Below, one piece after another: positions 60,830 to 64,000 of a DNA stretch of 64,000 nt (within the stretch, counting starts at the first letter, position 1; each line of letters begins with the position of its first letter). This DNA is from Phoronis australis (taxonomy: Eukaryota > Animalia > Phoronida), in assembly GCA_002633005.1 (NCBI GenBank), contig NMRA01000009.1:1458761-1522760 (forward strand), in the 5' to 3' direction. A model generated the notes under the pieces. The model made no database searches and was not told the origin of the DNA. It worked only from the letters and a program-made list of their open reading frames with translations. The position numbers were made by a program, and so were the translations under genes.

Positions 60830-63800
60830 AAAGTTGCACTGTCAAAGAAACAAGTTTTTGATTGGACAACTTACTGGTGTAAAGCAGTCACAAGATGAGA
60901 AATGGTTTCTAAGTTTGAACAGAACTATCATCAGTGTGTTATTGCTGGACAGTGGCGGGTGCATAAAATAGGTTATCCCTCTTTGACAAACCAACACTGG
61001 TCTCAAATGATCAATGCTGACAAGCCGTCATTTCTTTCCAAGCCATCATGTGTAAGGAACATTAGCTGAGAGAGTAAAATGTCATAGATCTAAATAAAAA
61101 GTTTGATTTCACACACTTGGCTATGCAAAAACACTGACGTGATACAAAGTACCACCCATTGTGCATCCGACAATAGTGTTAATATAGTAAAGTCAAATTG
61201 TACGACCTGACATAAAATAAAGTAAAATCAATTTAACCATAGACATACCTGGAAAGGACAAATTGATGCTTGGTCGACTTCAGATTTCATCCAAACCCCC
61301 TAACTTTGTGCAAATTTTGTACACGTTATGTAAAAATTGACAGGTATATACCGGCTTACGGCCAATAGAGGTAGGAGCTCTAATATTCAACCATAGGTAA
61401 AACCTCAAAAGAGTAGTGAATATTTTGCAAGATATGAGTGTCTCAGGTTTCAAAGGTCGTTATCAATTACACTTTTAGACAACTGTCATTAACATATTGA
61501 CCTGGAATTTGTGAAAAACCAACAAGAAACATTCACAGTCCTTAGCAAATACACGGGAAGATGGTGACAAGAACAACTCGTGTTCCTAGCTATTGTAATG
61601 GTGAAAACAAATATGCAGGTCCAGCATTTGGTCACCAAGTGAGAAATGCTTGTTTTTTATAATCATGGTTCATCAATTACAGACAGTCTCATTAAGTCTC
61701 AGGTGTGTAGCTACACAATGCTTTATACAGTATTGCTTGTTGTTGATAGTTGAATTTAAAAGGTATTTATTTTTCCAATGCAGCAATTTAATATTGATTA
61801 AATATTATTATCCAGTCCAGATACGTGTTGTGATGCTAAGCAGTTGAACATCAGGAGAAAGTATAATTGGCTGGCTGTAGCCTAGCTGTATAGGTTAATG
61901 TCATGTGGACAAGCTTGGCTGTATGAACAGTATGCGATTATATTGTGTGCACAAGAACATCAATATTTAAACAATTGCTTCAATAATTCATCACTGCTGG
62001 ACTCACAACCCAGTTGGTCTGAGGGGAGTGTTGTCAGACTATCACGTTAAAGACTACAGGAAACCATCGCCGTATCACGGAGAGCTCAAAATTAGACGTA
62101 TTACCATCACTCCTTCGGTTCTGCGGGTGTGTTGTGATGTGATGCGTCTCTTCTGAAGGTGATCAGAGAAAGGTATAGTGTCTGAGTTTTAAAAAGCTTT
62201 GTGAAATGTCAACCCATATGTTACTGGGGTAGGTAATTAAAGGCATATTTTGGCCCTTCATTTAATTGGCTAACATTGATAGTTTTAGGCAAGAGTTGCC
62301 TGTGGGTAATAGGCTTAGTATGTGTATGATGTTTTCTAAGATCATGTTTAACAAAACTGTACCGGTGTGTAGTTCACAAATAAAAGTTGACTCCATCATT
62401 TGCTGGATATTTGTAGCTTGAGCTTCAATTGTCTAAATGGATAACGATAGGGTTGTAATGTTTGAAGGATCAAAAGTACTTAACAAAGTAGTGCACATGT
62501 ATGTGCATCTCACAAACGTGAAGTTTGCCATATGATTTTATGACTTTTAGCCAGCTTTGGGGTTTTATTGTAGTGGTGAATTTTGCTCAAATTCCCAAAC
62601 AATGTTTGCCCACACTTAAGCCTCTTTTGCTTAAAATAATTTGACGTCATTTTTAACATTCTGTTACTGTGTGTGTAACATCAGTTTTTTGTCATTAACC
62701 TGATCCACAAAATTCAAAGTGATGATTACTTTCAATGTTTGCACATCTGTTTGATATCAATCAGTTTTCCGTGCCAAGCAGTTAAGATGGCATTTGAGGA
62801 TCTCTGTGACAGTCTTCATTGAAAACTTTCATGTTTAGCTTTCTTAGATCCCCTTGCCTCACTCACTTCTATTGATTCTTGATATTGTCTGTATCGAAAA
62901 ATTAAATAGTTTAATTGTGCAACTCTGTACTTAATCCTGTCGCCAGGGATCAAATCATGGTTTATTGATAGCCATCTGGTTTGTGCAACGACTGTTTCCA
63001 AGTTGTGTCGAATAGTTCGCAGATATTTTATTGTCCATGTTAAGTTGGTTCACTGATAACAGTTTTTTATTTGTAACATTGCTAATTAATGTCTCAAATA
63101 GATTGCAAGTTTTTTTGATATGACCTACTACTGCTCAATTTCTAACTAAACAAATCATGAACAGACTAACCAGCTGCTCAGACAACATTCTGGTTTGAAA
63201 CTTCACAGTTTCCCATGTTGGATTATGTTCTGTTTTTCTCTCATTTTGCTTAAAGTAGCAGCATCCACTTTCTTACTAATTAATTCTTGATGAGCAGGAC
63301 AACGATGTATCTGACTAATTGGCGTATCTATTGTAACAGATAAGATTAATCACTTGTGTGAACATGCGATTACAGTCTCCAGAATAATCACTACTAGAGT
63401 GTAGAGTGTCTCAACTGCAATCTTTTTGTTGATTTCATGGCACTGACGATGAAATTTCAGCCTTAAAGTGCCATACACTCCATTTTTGTTTGTGGGATCG
63501 ATTAGTTTTAGTAGAATTTTGTATGCGGTTTGTGAGGAAACATCAGTTTAAGTACAATTTCAAATTTCAGATTGGGGGTTTGCCAAAATTTTTTTATGGG
63601 AGTGTGATCTTGAATGATTAAGAAGTGACTTGCTAAAGTTTGATGTGATGGAAAATTCAGGATATCCCTTCCATTCGCTATGAAGTATCAGAGATTTTGT
63701 AATAACATCTTGATATTGGCAATTCTCGAAAATTGTCAAATTTCATTTTGATTCTGCGTTCCAAGCGCCCTTCAGGTGTGCATTCGGGTAAATACTGCAG

Positions 63801-64000
63801 AATCAGAGAGGACACTATGGAATTCTGGGAAGTGTCTATTGCCGTTGGTCACTCTATACGAAAAGCAATTGCCTCCATGCAATGAAAGGCAGCCAAATGG
63901 TAAACATCATCATACAAGTCTCCCATGGCATCACATGGGCGTCATATGGTCACGGCATGGGTGGCTCTGTTGTGCAGTAATGCTGCAATCTGAATGGACA

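Noticed and set aside
63463-63845. Kolobok-like element starting TTAAAGTGCCATACACT
   Set aside because: The right end is too degenerate to confirm a TIR pair.

Overview
AT-rich animal (probably marine invertebrate) genomic DNA from a draft assembly, with a 723-N gap at 21055-21777 and a single N at 28888. I find one intact protein-coding gene: a spliced, plus-strand neuronal calcium sensor most like invertebrate NCS-2. It has three coding exons (27020-27127, 29543-29815, 39352-39549) encoding 192 aa with a myristoylation motif and four EF-hands, followed by a long 3' region without recognisable repeats. The rest is intron or intergenic DNA dense with DNA-transposon relics whose ends can be read by eye. 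These include a fossil hAT transposase, hAT-like elements with 5-bp TSDs, Tc1/mariner (pogo/Tc2-like) copies, PIF/Harbinger and Kolobok-like elements, an ISL2EU-like element with a THAP remnant, a hairpin-ended (Crypton-like) element, and tRNA-like cassettes inside inverted-repeat elements. The most striking structure is a Helentron-like (HINE) family carrying a three-subunit satellite of about 150-bp monomers, each with a same-strand CTCF-like motif. It is nested in itself inside intron 2 of the gene. All family assignments rest on terminal structure and remembered motifs, not database searches. Most listed ORFs are non-coding noise.
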